DNA of 64,000 bases from Candidatus Obscuribacteraceae bacterium (GTDB lineage Bacteria > Cyanobacteriota > Vampirovibrionia > Obscuribacterales > Obscuribacteraceae), in the NCBI GenBank assembly GCA_044226015.1, contig JBGAHS010000003.1, forward strand, positions 384,001 to 448,000, read 5' to 3'. The position numbers and the translations under genes are program-made. This document shows positions 48,634 through 58,757 of this stretch, piece by piece. Positions within the stretch are counted from its first letter, which is position 1. Each line of letters opens with the position of its first letter. Below the pieces are notes generated by a model. The model had not been told where the DNA came from. It was given only the letters and a program-made list of their open reading frames with translations, and did no database searches.

Positions 48634-51312
48634 ATGCACGACCTATCAAAACAGACAGCTGGCGCGATGAGTTCGTCCACGCACACAACGAGAGTTCAAA
48701 CTTATTCAATCGGGCAATTCAGGAACACCGCCGATGAATTAGCCGAAGAGCTCCGCGAACTAGAGTTTCTCTCTGACAGTTATCTCTTCGGATTAAGCAA
48801 CGATACCGGCGAAACCAACTGGCTTTTGTCCAGCCTGGTCAAAGAAGTCAAATTACTGCGCTCTACAATTCGGTCCCGCCTTCACCAGCTTGAGCGAGCA
48901 AGACGCTGGAGCAGCAGCGACGAACTAAAATTGCTCACGCAACAATGTCATTTTGAAATCGGAAATCACAAAGAAGCACTGCGAAAACTATACTCGGCAC
49001 GCGGTAAAGCCTTATGCGCTGGGGACTGGCAAAGTCCAATTTATGCCTCTTCTTACAGTTCAAGCAGAAACAGACAACAAGATGGAATCAGAGAACACAT
49101 TCTAGATTACAAACGAGATGGACACCTCGAAGCAAAGTCTTACGAACAATCCTTTATGAAGGAGTATGCCTCACACCTGGGCTCTAGCTCGATCGAAGCC
49201 TACCTGACCAATAACGGCATGGCCGCTTTCAGTTCCGCTCTTCACTGGATTACACAGGAAGCAAAATTCATGGGGAAGGCACTAGCTGTAGTGCCCATGT
49301 ACTTCGAGAACCTTCATCTAGCAGAGGCATTTATCCCCCAGCTAGAGCAGTTTAACGCGGAGGACAACACCGTCACCCTCTTAGAAAAGCTGCAAAAGGA
49401 AGGTCCTACGATAGTTATTTGCGACACTGTTTCAAATTGCGGAAAAGTTCTGGTTCAGCCTTACAAAGAAATTTTCCAATGGGCAAAAAAAGAAGAGGGA
49501 CGCCCAATCGCGATCGTTCTCGATGCTACTTGTTCTCCTGCATTCTTACTGGAAGACAACTTGCTTCAAGAGCTTCCGGACAGCGTGAGCGTCTTCATCA
49601 TCGAAAGCCTGGCAAAATATCATCAATACGGCATGGACCTAGTAACTGGCGGCATAGCGCTTGTTCATAGCTCAAGCAAAAACCAGGTAAGCTTTAATCG
49701 CACAAGAGCCAGATTCGGTGCAAACATAGTAGATAGCAGCGTCGGCTCTCTGCCTGTTCCTAGCAAATTGGTTCTGGAAAAGCGCCTCAGAAGACACTCT
49801 CGCAACGTCCAATTCTTCAGTGAACAATTGGAAAGAATCATTCAAGTAAAACCCGGACTAATAGAATCAGTCGAGTGGCAATCGCGTGAACTCACCGAAG
49901 AAAACAACTGGTTCAGAAGCTCTTGCCTGACTCTTCGGTTTCGACCTGCGTGCTCATCTATTCAAGCATACAAGGAATTCGAAGAAGAAATTTTGAGATT
50001 AGCCAAACTCAGGAACCAGCCAATCGCCTTGAGCACCAGCTTCGGCTTCGACGTTACTCGATTTTATGTCACTGCACCAGCCTCAGCCTACGAGTCCCCA
50101 TTTCTACGAGTGGCCATCGGCACAGAAAGCCTCTCTCAGATAAAAAAATTGATTTCCCTGGTCGAAGAATGCAGCGCTAAGCTTGCGCTCCAGTGGAAGG
50201 ATCTCAGCGTGGCAGCACCAAAAGCAACCCAGCCAGCTAGCACAAAATTGGAAAACCTTTCAGGGACAAAAGCAGCATTCAAGAACACTGTATACATGGG
50301 CGAAGATGCACTTCACCGTTATCTTTCTCCAGAAAACTTTGCCGTCACGCCACTAGTGGAACTGCCAGCAGACCTCAACCCCTTCAATAATGATGGGGTG
50401 CGCATTCTTGCAAAAATGGTGCCGCTTGTTCCACTAATGAACATCAAATCAATTCCAGCCTTCTCAATGTTACGCAAAGCAGCTCAGAGAGGCGAATTAA
50501 ACGGCGTCAAAAACATCATTGAAAGTTCATCGTCCAATACCGTGCTGTCCTTGAGTGTAATCTCAAAGCTGTTTGGCGTGGACAATACTTGTGCGATCGT
50601 GGACCACTCGATAGCACCAGGACTGGTGCGCATGCTTCGTTTGTTTGGAATCGAAATATATAAACACCCAGCGCCTGGCCATGAACTCTTCGGAAAAACG
50701 GAAGCACGCAGCTTGCGAGCCGCAAATATGGGCAAGCAAGATGGTTGGTACAACCCGAATCAATATGCAAACCCTGACAATCCAGAAGGTTTTGCACGCT
50801 GGCTAGCACCTGAACTATGGGCTCAAACGCAGGGCAAACTGGATGTGTTAAGCTGCGCCTTGGGCACTTGTGGCACCATGGTCGGTGTCAGTCGCGAACT
50901 GCGCAGTCGCAAGCAAGAAATGAGCGTAGTAGCTTGTTGTCCGGCAAGAGGTGAAGCAGTACCCGGACCGCGAGAAAAAATGCTTCTAGGAGATGTTGCA
51001 TTCCCATGGCAAGAAATTGCAGATTCGCGCATGGAAATGGGAGCCGAAGAGAGTTTTGCAGCAAGCATCAAACTCCTCAGAAGAGGAATACTGGGCGGTC
51101 CAAGTTCAGGAATGAACTATGCAGGACTTCTAAAGTACCTTGGCGAATTAAGAGACTCTGGACAGCTTGAAGAAGCCATCACAAAGCAAGGTACACTTAA
51201 CGCTGTCTTCCTCTGCTGTGACTCACCACTTCCGCACATCGACGAGTACTTCGATGCGCTGGGCGAAAAATACTTTCCAGACGTCCATGAAGTTCCCGAG
51301 CTTAGCAAATAA
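48634..51312 (+). CDS. Fused PLP enzyme: Cys/Met-metabolism (fold I) domain + cysteine synthase/CBS-like (fold II) domain
   Basis: N half: YKRDG, NGMAA, DTVSN, LDAT, ESLAKY, LRVAIG. C half: TPLVEL, NIKSIPA, IESSSSNT, NQYANPDN, LGTCGT, GPSSG. GAGGGG RBS. Confidence 0.85.
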   Translation: MHDLSKQTAGAMSSSTHTTRVQTYSIGQFRNTADELAEELRELEFLSDSYLFGLSNDTGETNWLLSSLVKEVKLLRSTIRSRLHQLERARRWSSSDELKLLTQQCHFEIGNHKEALRKLYSARGKALCAGDWQSPIYASSYSSSRNRQQDGIREHILDYKRDGHLEAKSYEQSFMKEYASHLGSSSIEAYLTNNGMAAFSSALHWITQEAKFMGKALAVVPMYFENLHLAEAFIPQLEQFNAEDNTVTLLEKLQKEGPTIVICDTVSNCGKVLVQPYKEIFQWAKKEEGRPIAIVLDATCSPAFLLEDNLLQELPDSVSVFIIESLAKYHQYGMDLVTGGIALVHSSSKNQVSFNRTRARFGANIVDSSVGSLPVPSKLVLEKRLRRHSRNVQFFSEQLERIIQVKPGLIESVEWQSRELTEENNWFRSSCLTLRFRPACSSIQAYKEFEEEILRLAKLRNQPIALSTSFGFDVTRFYVTAPASAYESPFLRVAIGTESLSQIKKLISLVEECSAKLALQWKDLSVAAPKATQPASTKLENLSGTKAAFKNTVYMGEDALHRYLSPENFAVTPLVELPADLNPFNNDGVRILAKMVPLVPLMNIKSIPAFSMLRKAAQRGELNGVKNIIESSSSNTVLSLSVISKLFGVDNTCAIVDHSIAPGLVRMLRLFGIEIYKHPAPGHELFGKTEARSLRAANMGKQDGWYNPNQYANPDNPEGFARWLAPELWAQTQGKLDVLSCALGTCGTMVGVSRELRSRKQEMSVVACCPARGEAVPGPREKMLLGDVAFPWQEIADSRMEMGAEESFAASIKLLRRGILGGPSSGMNYAGLLKYLGELRDSGQLEEAITKQGTLNAVFLCCDSPLPHIDEYFDALGEKYFPDVHEVPELSK

Positions 51313-52748
51313 TGAATGTGAAAACGAAAGTGTCCTTCAAAGCAACTAGTCCCCCAAAAACAGACTGCGCACCAATTCTCGAAGCAAAGACGGCCGATTG
51401 GATGCGCGCCCTGCTTGAAGAAAAGCAGCTGATCAAAAAATGGGTCAGCGAATTCGGCTCACCGCTCCACGTCGTTGTGAAAGACGAATTCTATAAAAAT
51501 GTGGATTGCTTGTTAAAACCACTACAAGAGCGAACCATTGAAGGAAACCTCTTTTTTGCTCGTAAAGCAAACAAGCTAAGCTTCTTTGTGGAAACGGCAA
51601 AGCAAGCTGGCATCGGCGTGGATACAGCCAGCATTACGGAGCTCAAGGAGACAATTCAGCTCGGACTGCATCCGGAGAAAATAATTCTGACAGCAATTGG
51701 CAAAGACGAAACCCTCCTCAGAACCGCCATGGATCATGATTGCCTCATAATTATTGAAAATGAAGATGAGCTCGCTCTGGTAAAACAACTCGCAGCTTCC
51801 CAAAGCAAAGCAATCAAGATCGGATTGCGCTTCGCCGGATTTGAAATAGATGAACGCCTCATTTACAGCCGCTTTGGACTCAACTTTAAAGAACACCGCG
51901 CGATCATAGATGGAATTAGCAATAGCAATCTAAATATCAAATTGCTCCATGCACACATAGATAGGTATGACACCACAGAACGAGCAATGGCAGCTCGACA
52001 GCTTATCATCGCTAGCAGGCACGCCAAAAGCCTGGGGCACGAATGCGACGCTATAGACCTTGGCGGTGGCATTTTGATGCGCTATCTCGAACATGAAGAA
52101 CACTGGATCAACTTTCAGAACGAACTCATAGCGGCAGTAAAAGGCGAGAGAAAACCGTTTACCTTCAAGGGCGACGGACTGGGCTACTTTCTGGCAGCAG
52201 GAAAACTCGCAGGACATGCCGATTTCTACCCTGCCTGGAACTCGCTCTACAAAGAGAATTTCATAGCAGCAATTCTAGATCACAAGCACAAAAACAGCCT
52301 ACTTCACGAAGAGATAAAGGCAGCAAAGTTACGCCTATATTTCGAGCCGGGACGCGCGCTTCTGGATAATTGTGGTATCACATTTGCCAATGTTGCATTT
52401 AGAAAGAAGGACACTCTAAATCAAAAGCTCATCGGACTGAGAATGAATCGTATGAACCTTCGTCCCTTCAGAGCAGAGTTTTGCAGCGACCCAGTCATCC
52501 TTTGCTTCGGCGCAAGGGAAAAGGCGCAAGAAGGCGCCTATCTTGTGGGCTGTTTGTGCTCCGAGAGCGATACGATATTCCGACGGAAATTCTTTTTCGA
52601 CGAAGTGCCCGAACCCGGCGACATCTTCGCGTTTATCAACAGCGCAGGCTACCTTGCCCACCACATGGAAATCGGGACGCACGGTGACGCTGTTCCAACA
52701 AACATTCTGATCGAGCCCGGAAGCTGGATGATTCAAGGACAAGCATAA
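51312..52748 (+). CDS. Y4yA-type fold-III PLP decarboxylase (DAP/ornithine decarboxylase-like)
   Basis: FGSPL, FFARKANK, DTAS..E, SRFG, HAH, DLGGG, FEPGRAL, GCLCSESD, NSAGY; TAATG coupling. Confidence 0.85.
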   Translation: MNVKTKVSFKATSPPKTDCAPILEAKTADWMRALLEEKQLIKKWVSEFGSPLHVVVKDEFYKNVDCLLKPLQERTIEGNLFFARKANKLSFFVETAKQAGIGVDTASITELKETIQLGLHPEKIILTAIGKDETLLRTAMDHDCLIIIENEDELALVKQLAASQSKAIKIGLRFAGFEIDERLIYSRFGLNFKEHRAIIDGISNSNLNIKLLHAHIDRYDTTERAMAARQLIIASRHAKSLGHECDAIDLGGGILMRYLEHEEHWINFQNELIAAVKGERKPFTFKGDGLGYFLAAGKLAGHADFYPAWNSLYKENFIAAILDHKHKNSLLHEEIKAAKLRLYFEPGRALLDNCGITFANVAFRKKDTLNQKLIGLRMNRMNLRPFRAEFCSDPVILCFGAREKAQEGAYLVGCLCSESDTIFRRKFFFDEVPEPGDIFAFINSAGYLAHHMEIGTHGDAVPTNILIEPGSWMIQGQA

Positions 52749-53479
52749 TGAGCACTGAATCAACACAGACACAGCAGAGCTGCAATAAAGTTGCGCTAGT
52801 AACAGGAGCAGGACAAGGAATAGGACGAGCCCTTACCGAAGCGCTAGCGCAGAGAAATTACATCGTACTTGCCCTTGTTCGCAGCTTGAAGGATCTTGAC
52901 GAGCTGGCTCAAATCCCGATGGTGCAAGCAGTCTGCTCTGATGTCACCGAAGACTCCAGCGAGAGAATATTGCGCGAATTCGCCGAAAGCAAAGTAGACA
53001 AAATCGATTTACTCATCAATAACGCTGGATATGGGGCATCTGCCTATGGCATCGAAGGACTAAAGCTTGAAGAACTAAATCGAGTGCTGGCGGTGCATTG
53101 CCACGGACCGATTCGCTGCATAAAAGCCTGCCTGCCACTACTCAGACGCTCAAACGATGCAGCAATCCTAAACATATCATCACGCTTTGCCTCAATTGAA
53201 TGGGTTGCAAGAAAGATGGTGCCGCCAGAGCAGGCTACCTACGCCTATCGCATTGCCAAAGCAGCGATGAACATGCTCAGCGCCTGCCTTGCCGTCGAGC
53301 TGGAGGGCAGCAATATCCGCGTCTTAGCAATAGACCCAGGCAAAGTGAAGACACGATTCGGACCTGTGGATGCTGACACTGAAGCAGCAGAGGCAGCTTT
53401 ATCAATTCTGCAACTTGCAGAAACAAGAAAAGAAACAGGAAAATTCATACACGCATCAGGAGAAGAATTGCCATGGTAG
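52748..53479 (+). CDS. Short-chain dehydrogenase/reductase (CsgA-like)
   Basis: TGAGQGIG, NNAG, NISS, YRIAK, DPGKVKT; TAATG coupling. Confidence 0.9.
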   Translation: MSTESTQTQQSCNKVALVTGAGQGIGRALTEALAQRNYIVLALVRSLKDLDELAQIPMVQAVCSDVTEDSSERILREFAESKVDKIDLLINNAGYGASAYGIEGLKLEELNRVLAVHCHGPIRCIKACLPLLRRSNDAAILNISSRFASIEWVARKMVPPEQATYAYRIAKAAMNMLSACLAVELEGSNIRVLAIDPGKVKTRFGPVDADTEAAEAALSILQLAETRKETGKFIHASGEELPW

Positions 53480-54606
53480 ATCGTCATTGGGCAGTCAAAG
53501 ACAGAAATGAGCCCTTCGTTGTTCCATCATTTGAAACGATAAGCTTTTCAATGCCATCCATGACAAATTGGGAGTCGCTTCTCAAAGGCGAACAAGATGG
53601 CTGGGTTTATCTCAGCGATGGGAATCCGACCCTTGCCGCACTAGAAAATTTGCTTGCTCGCATTCAAGGAACAGAAGCCTGCTGGGTAACCAGCACAGGA
53701 AAATCGGCTATCGCTGCGGCTTTACTGGCGCTGCTTAAAGCAGGCGATCACTTCATTCTTCTTCGAGAAGGCTATAAGTCAACTCGCCTCTTTGCTGAGG
53801 GAATACTCAAGAAGTACGGGGTCGAGCTCAGCCTCATCGAAGTCGACCAACTAAATGAGCTGCAAAGGTTTATCAAGCCGAATACAAAAGCGTTGGTTCT
53901 CGAAGCGCCCACAAATCCTATGACCCGCGTTCCAGACCTATTTGAATGCTGCAAGATTGCCAGAGACGCAGAAGTAATTACATTGCTAGACAACTCACTT
54001 GCTGGATTTCATCAACATGGAAATGTTCCAGTTGACGTAATACTTCACAGCCTTTCAAAATTTGCCTCGGGCGTGGGCGATGTAATGGGAGGCGCAGTTC
54101 TCGGCACGAAGGACATAGTGAAGCAGATCAAAAATGCCAACGTCTGGAATACTGACGCATTGAGCAGCCACTCAGCAGTTGAACTCTGGAAAGGCATGCA
54201 AACATACGATCTCCGCATCCAGCGCCAATCTTCAAACGCACTGGCAATAGCCAGGTTTCTTGAGAAACACCCCAATGTAGAAAGAGTACTCTACCCCGGA
54301 CTTGAAAGCCATCCAGACCACGGAATCGCAAAGAGGCAAATGAAAGACTTTGGCTCTGTGCTAGCGTTTGACACTAAGACACCAGAAAAAATGAGAGAAG
54401 CATTGGATAAAATGTCCGTCTTCCGCATCGCATTTGGAACCGGCTTCACCCAATCAATAGCAAACCCCGCCTGGCTATTTTATGCGCGGTCCTTCCCCGA
54501 ACCTCAAACCGGACCATCAGCGATTACAGACTGCACCATCAGACTATCTGTAGGAATAGAGGAACCCTCTCTGCTGATTTCGGATCTCGAAGCTGCGCTG
54601 GCATAG
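53473..54606 (+). CDS. Cystathionine gamma-synthase/lyase-family PLP enzyme
   Basis: GNPT, EAPTNP, DNS, HSLSKF, YPGLESHP, IRLSVGIE. Confidence 0.9.
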   Translation: MVDRHWAVKDRNEPFVVPSFETISFSMPSMTNWESLLKGEQDGWVYLSDGNPTLAALENLLARIQGTEACWVTSTGKSAIAAALLALLKAGDHFILLREGYKSTRLFAEGILKKYGVELSLIEVDQLNELQRFIKPNTKALVLEAPTNPMTRVPDLFECCKIARDAEVITLLDNSLAGFHQHGNVPVDVILHSLSKFASGVGDVMGGAVLGTKDIVKQIKNANVWNTDALSSHSAVELWKGMQTYDLRIQRQSSNALAIARFLEKHPNVERVLYPGLESHPDHGIAKRQMKDFGSVLAFDTKTPEKMREALDKMSVFRIAFGTGFTQSIANPAWLFYARSFPEPQTGPSAITDCTIRLSVGIEEPSLLISDLEAALA

Positions 54607-54625
54607 CGACTAATGGTAAGCAAAA

Positions 54626-55852
54626 ATGACTGAGCACCTTTCCGGCAACGATATCGACTCAGAAATTATCATCCTCGGCGCAGGAATAGCAGGCATCACT
54701 TGTGGTATCACCATGCAATGCCTGGGTTTTAGAACTGCAATTGTGTCCGAGAAGTTCCCCCTTTTGGAAGAACACGATAATTCTGACAAAGAGATTGCTA
54801 CGATCTATGCAATGGCATCGGCATATCCTCACTTCCTCAAGATTGAGAATCTGGAAAGAGTCAGCGACGATTCACAAGCCATTCTCTGCGAATTATTCAC
54901 TACAAAAGACTCAGGCATAGAGAAGCAGCGGATTTTCGAAGTCTTTGAATTTGAGCCGCCCTCCAACGCGGCAGCACTGTCTGATCGTCGAATGCGCTTC
55001 ATGAGTTTCGACGGCAAATCAGAACAGCTAAAAAAAACAATCGATCCGCCCGCACGAGGACAGGCGAACCAACTCTGGGGCTGGAGCTTCGAATCATATT
55101 TTGCAGACATGCCAGCATACGTTCGATATCTATGGGCATTCTACCGGGAGTTGGGTGGCAAGAGCATTCGCGCAAAAGTTCACACCCTGAAAGAGCTTGA
55201 ATCGCTGAGCAACCGCATCTTCATCAACTGCTGCGGACTTGGCGCCATAGCGTTGTGCACTGATGAATCGGAAGCTATAGTTCTGCGCGGAAAGCAAGTT
55301 TTGATTAACGAGCCAGGAATCTTCGACAAAGACGGCTTGCGCCTGGCTTACAACTACACACCTACTGCCGACGTTTTTTCTCGAGCCGATGGCACCCCAG
55401 AATATGTACATTTCTTCTCTCGCTCAAACGAGTGGCTGCTCGGGCAAACAAGAGAACGAGGAAAGCTGATAGATGGCAGATGGCAGGGCATGATTTCCGG
55501 CAAAAGCGAACTGACAGTTGATGGCGTAATGATTCCACAGGAAATACTGCAGCTAAACGAGGACATCTTGAACAATTGGAAGCAAAGAACATTTTCAAAA
55601 ATCGGAATGAAAGCGCGTGAAGCTTATCGATATTACAGAGACCCAGAAAACAGTGGAGTCCGATTAGAGAAGGAGGATCTTGGAGCTAACAGAATCTTTC
55701 ACAATTATGGGCTCGCAGGCTCAGGTGTAACCATGTCCTGGGGGTGCGCTATAGAATGCGCTCACATGGCGCTTGATTCAAGCAATCCTGGACAAATCAA
55801 TAATCAGAGCAGCTTAGCTAACAAAATTCGATCTCGAATCGCTGCTAGCTAG
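54626..55852 (+). CDS. D-amino acid oxidase-like FAD oxidoreductase
   Basis: LGAGIAG, INCCGLGA, RGK, HNYGLAGSGVTMSWGCA. Confidence 0.85.
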   Translation: MTEHLSGNDIDSEIIILGAGIAGITCGITMQCLGFRTAIVSEKFPLLEEHDNSDKEIATIYAMASAYPHFLKIENLERVSDDSQAILCELFTTKDSGIEKQRIFEVFEFEPPSNAAALSDRRMRFMSFDGKSEQLKKTIDPPARGQANQLWGWSFESYFADMPAYVRYLWAFYRELGGKSIRAKVHTLKELESLSNRIFINCCGLGAIALCTDESEAIVLRGKQVLINEPGIFDKDGLRLAYNYTPTADVFSRADGTPEYVHFFSRSNEWLLGQTRERGKLIDGRWQGMISGKSELTVDGVMIPQEILQLNEDILNNWKQRTFSKIGMKAREAYRYYRDPENSGVRLEKEDLGANRIFHNYGLAGSGVTMSWGCAIECAHMALDSSNPGQINNQSSLANKIRSRIAAS

Positions 55853-57143
55853 CCCCAGATTCGTCATGAGCAGCCAGCACCGATGCTCTAAACTTGCAAG
55901 CTAGCGGAATCAGCATCAGCGAGATGGACGGCGCCAGACTTGCTAAAACCACCAGACTTTTGTAGTCCTCATGAACTACGTTTTGGAAAAGCTGACCGCC
56001 AACAAAAGTGGCTGATGATGTGGCGATGTTTCTCACCGCAACCAGCCAGGCCATCACTGACACTTCAATGCGACGCGGACAAACGTCAGCTGCAAAACCG
56101 TAAAGAGAAAGTATCGCTGTAAGGTTGGCAAAACCATGAAAGAACTCCAGAAAAGAAGCAGACGCCGGCGTGGAAATCATGCGAAAAGAGATTGTACTCA
56201 CAATCACTAGCACTGTAGTTGCAATCAATTGTCCTTTCAAACTCAAGAAGCGAAGAAGAAGCGGATACGCAAAAGACGCCAATAACATTCCGGCGGAGTT
56301 CCAGGCGGCCAACTGCCCTATTGCACTCTGCGAAAAGCCTAATGTTTTGCTCTCGTAAAAATAAAGCGGCACACCGAATGATGGCAAAAAGCTCCACAGA
56401 AACGAGAATATGACCACAAGCCATAGTGCAGGCGAGCGAAGCCCATCCTTCAACGAACGCATGGTATCGCCCATGGCGGCACGATTCAAAAAGGACCTTT
56501 CCTCAAAAACCAATTTAAAAGTAAGAAAAGAAATTAGCAAGAGAGGTGCAACCGCAAGCAGAGCAGCAATGTGAAGCGCCCCCAATGGCGTCAAATTTTG
56601 ACAAAGGATACCTCCAAAAATGACCGCCGCGATATTAGCACTGTAGTATGCAATTTCCTGAATTATGAACAGAGTTCTGGCATTTGTACCTGCTCGTCCC
56701 TCTTCCACTGCCAACCCAACCATTAAAACAGTAGCCACAGCCATACTCAGAGCAGTTAGCATCAAACACACAAGAATTAGGCTTAGCGAATTTGCGCAAA
56801 ACATCACAAGAAATGCCAAAGCAGCAAAAGCATTTGCAAAGATAAGATAGCTCTTGCGACGATATCCAAATAAAGGAACGAAGTCAGAAAGCAGCCCATA
56901 GAAGGGCTTAAGCATCCACGGCAACATTAGCAATGACATATTGGCTGATATTTGCGCCGCATCAAAGCCCAGTCCGCGCATCATGAAAAACTGTATGGGC
57001 TGGGCAATTACACCAAACTGAGCGCAAGAGATTCCCTGAGAAAGATAGGCCAACAGGAAATAGATTCCAATCTTGTTTAACGTATCGCGGGAATCAGGAG
57101 ATTCCGAATTTCGCGAATGAGTGTCGCCTTTAATCATAGTCAC
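55845..57143 (-). CDS. BT1 (folate-biopterin)-type MFS transporter
   Basis: PWMLKPFYGLLSDFVPLFGYRRKSY signature; ~12 TMs. Confidence 0.85.
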   Translation of the reverse strand: MTMIKGDTHSRNSESPDSRDTLNKIGIYFLLAYLSQGISCAQFGVIAQPIQFFMMRGLGFDAAQISANMSLLMLPWMLKPFYGLLSDFVPLFGYRRKSYLIFANAFAALAFLVMFCANSLSLILVCLMLTALSMAVATVLMVGLAVEEGRAGTNARTLFIIQEIAYYSANIAAVIFGGILCQNLTPLGALHIAALLAVAPLLLISFLTFKLVFEERSFLNRAAMGDTMRSLKDGLRSPALWLVVIFSFLWSFLPSFGVPLYFYESKTLGFSQSAIGQLAAWNSAGMLLASFAYPLLLRFLSLKGQLIATTVLVIVSTISFRMISTPASASFLEFFHGFANLTAILSLYGFAADVCPRRIEVSVMAWLVAVRNIATSSATFVGGQLFQNVVHEDYKSLVVLASLAPSISLMLIPLACKFRASVLAAHDESGAS

Positions 57144-57644
57144 AGCCAGCGGTTCAAGCTTTGAGAGTTAGCGCTACCACGATACTAGATAAGGCGATTA
57201 AACCGCTGCTGATGCTAGCTAACTCAACAGAAAAACCTGGCTAAATCTAGCTAATTTGCGTTTTTTGGGATTCGCACTTATGCGGAAAGACTTCACTAGC
57301 AAGCCTTTCCAAGCGAAGACAAATCTTTCGCCAGGCAACTCCGACTAGCCTTATTCGAACGAAAACAATTAGAGTAATCACGTCAGTTATTTCTCCCCCC
57401 TCCTCGCAACCGCTACCAGAACAAGCATTCCAGCCACAAACATCAAACAGCCCTGCCTATCAGCCGGTAACCGAATGATACTTCATGCGGTGTCAAAAAA
57501 AATGCGACCCTGGGTCCGGGATGCGGAGAGCTAGCGCGAGCATTCGCATAGCTGACAAAAGCTTTCAAACAATCTCAACAATCGAAGAGTAGATGTGTCG
57601 CAGATTTTGACACATCCAGCTCGCAATGAAAGAACGGAGAAACT

Positions 57645-58607
57645 ATGAGCGAACGAAACGTTCTCATCATCGGCTCGGGCGTCAGCGGACTCAGCGTGGC
57701 ACACAAACTGCTTCTTGCTGGGCATCGAGTGCAGATCTGGACCAAAGACGCAGCTGACAGCTCACCAACCACTTCCGCTTCGGCCTACGGCATGTGGGTT
57801 CCAGTGAAGATCGACGCCGACCCCAGAGTCGAACGTTGGGCGCAGGAAACCTACGCCGAGCTGGTCGGACTGGCAGCAAGGGGGAAGGCGGGCGTTACGC
57901 TGCGTAAGATCTACCAGCTCAAGGGTGAGCACAGTGAGCCCTGGTATGCGTCCAGCGTTCCCGGTGTCCGCCATGCCACCTCCGGCGAAATCAGCGCTGA
58001 CTACGCTGACGCTCATGTCATCGAGGCTGCTCCCATCGTTGACCCCGAGACCTACCTGAGCTACCTGCGCGGCGAAATTCGTCTGCTCGGCGGCAGCATC
58101 GTGACTCGCACCGTGACTGACCTGTCTGAGTGCGCCGACTTCGATGCCGTCGTCAACTGTAGCGGTCTCGGTGCAAGGCGGCTCTGCAACGACAGCTCGC
58201 TCTTCCCCGAGCGAGTGCAGGTCGTTCGCATCAAGCCCAACGGCTTCCAGCATGTCGTCGTGGACGACGAAGGTCCGCACAAGCGCGCCTGCATCGTGCC
58301 ACACAGCGACTACATTCAGCTCGGCGCCGTCTTCGACACGGGCAGCGAGTCGCTTGATGTCGACGCGACACTGACGGCTGACATCATCTCACGCTGCAAG
58401 CGCATGGTCCCCGGGTTCAAGGTCGACCCTGAGGACATCATCAGCGTCCACCGCGCCCTTCGCCCGGAACGCCCGCTCACCCGGGTGGAACTGGAACGCA
58501 AGGACGAAGGTCCCCACATCATCCACAACTACGGTCATGATGGCATGGGCTACCTGCTGTCCTGTGGCATTGCCAACGAAATCGCTGGCTACGTGGGCGC
58601 GCTCTAA
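57645..58607 (+). CDS. D-amino acid oxidase
   Basis: IIGSGVSG, VNCSGLGA, ALRPER, HNYGHDGMG; GGAG RBS. Confidence 0.88.
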   Translation: MSERNVLIIGSGVSGLSVAHKLLLAGHRVQIWTKDAADSSPTTSASAYGMWVPVKIDADPRVERWAQETYAELVGLAARGKAGVTLRKIYQLKGEHSEPWYASSVPGVRHATSGEISADYADAHVIEAAPIVDPETYLSYLRGEIRLLGGSIVTRTVTDLSECADFDAVVNCSGLGARRLCNDSSLFPERVQVVRIKPNGFQHVVVDDEGPHKRACIVPHSDYIQLGAVFDTGSESLDVDATLTADIISRCKRMVPGFKVDPEDIISVHRALRPERPLTRVELERKDEGPHIIHNYGHDGMGYLLSCGIANEIAGYVGAL

Positions 58608-58757
58608 ACGGCAAGTTGCGGACGAGAGCAAGTGCTCTCGTCCGTCTTAGCTGTTGTTTCTAGCGAGCTATCGCTTTTACTTCGGCTGAGAAGCCGTTTT
58701 CACAGCGTCCTGCGGCAAAAACGTGGGACCTTTTCGAACCTCATGAGGTATTTCATC

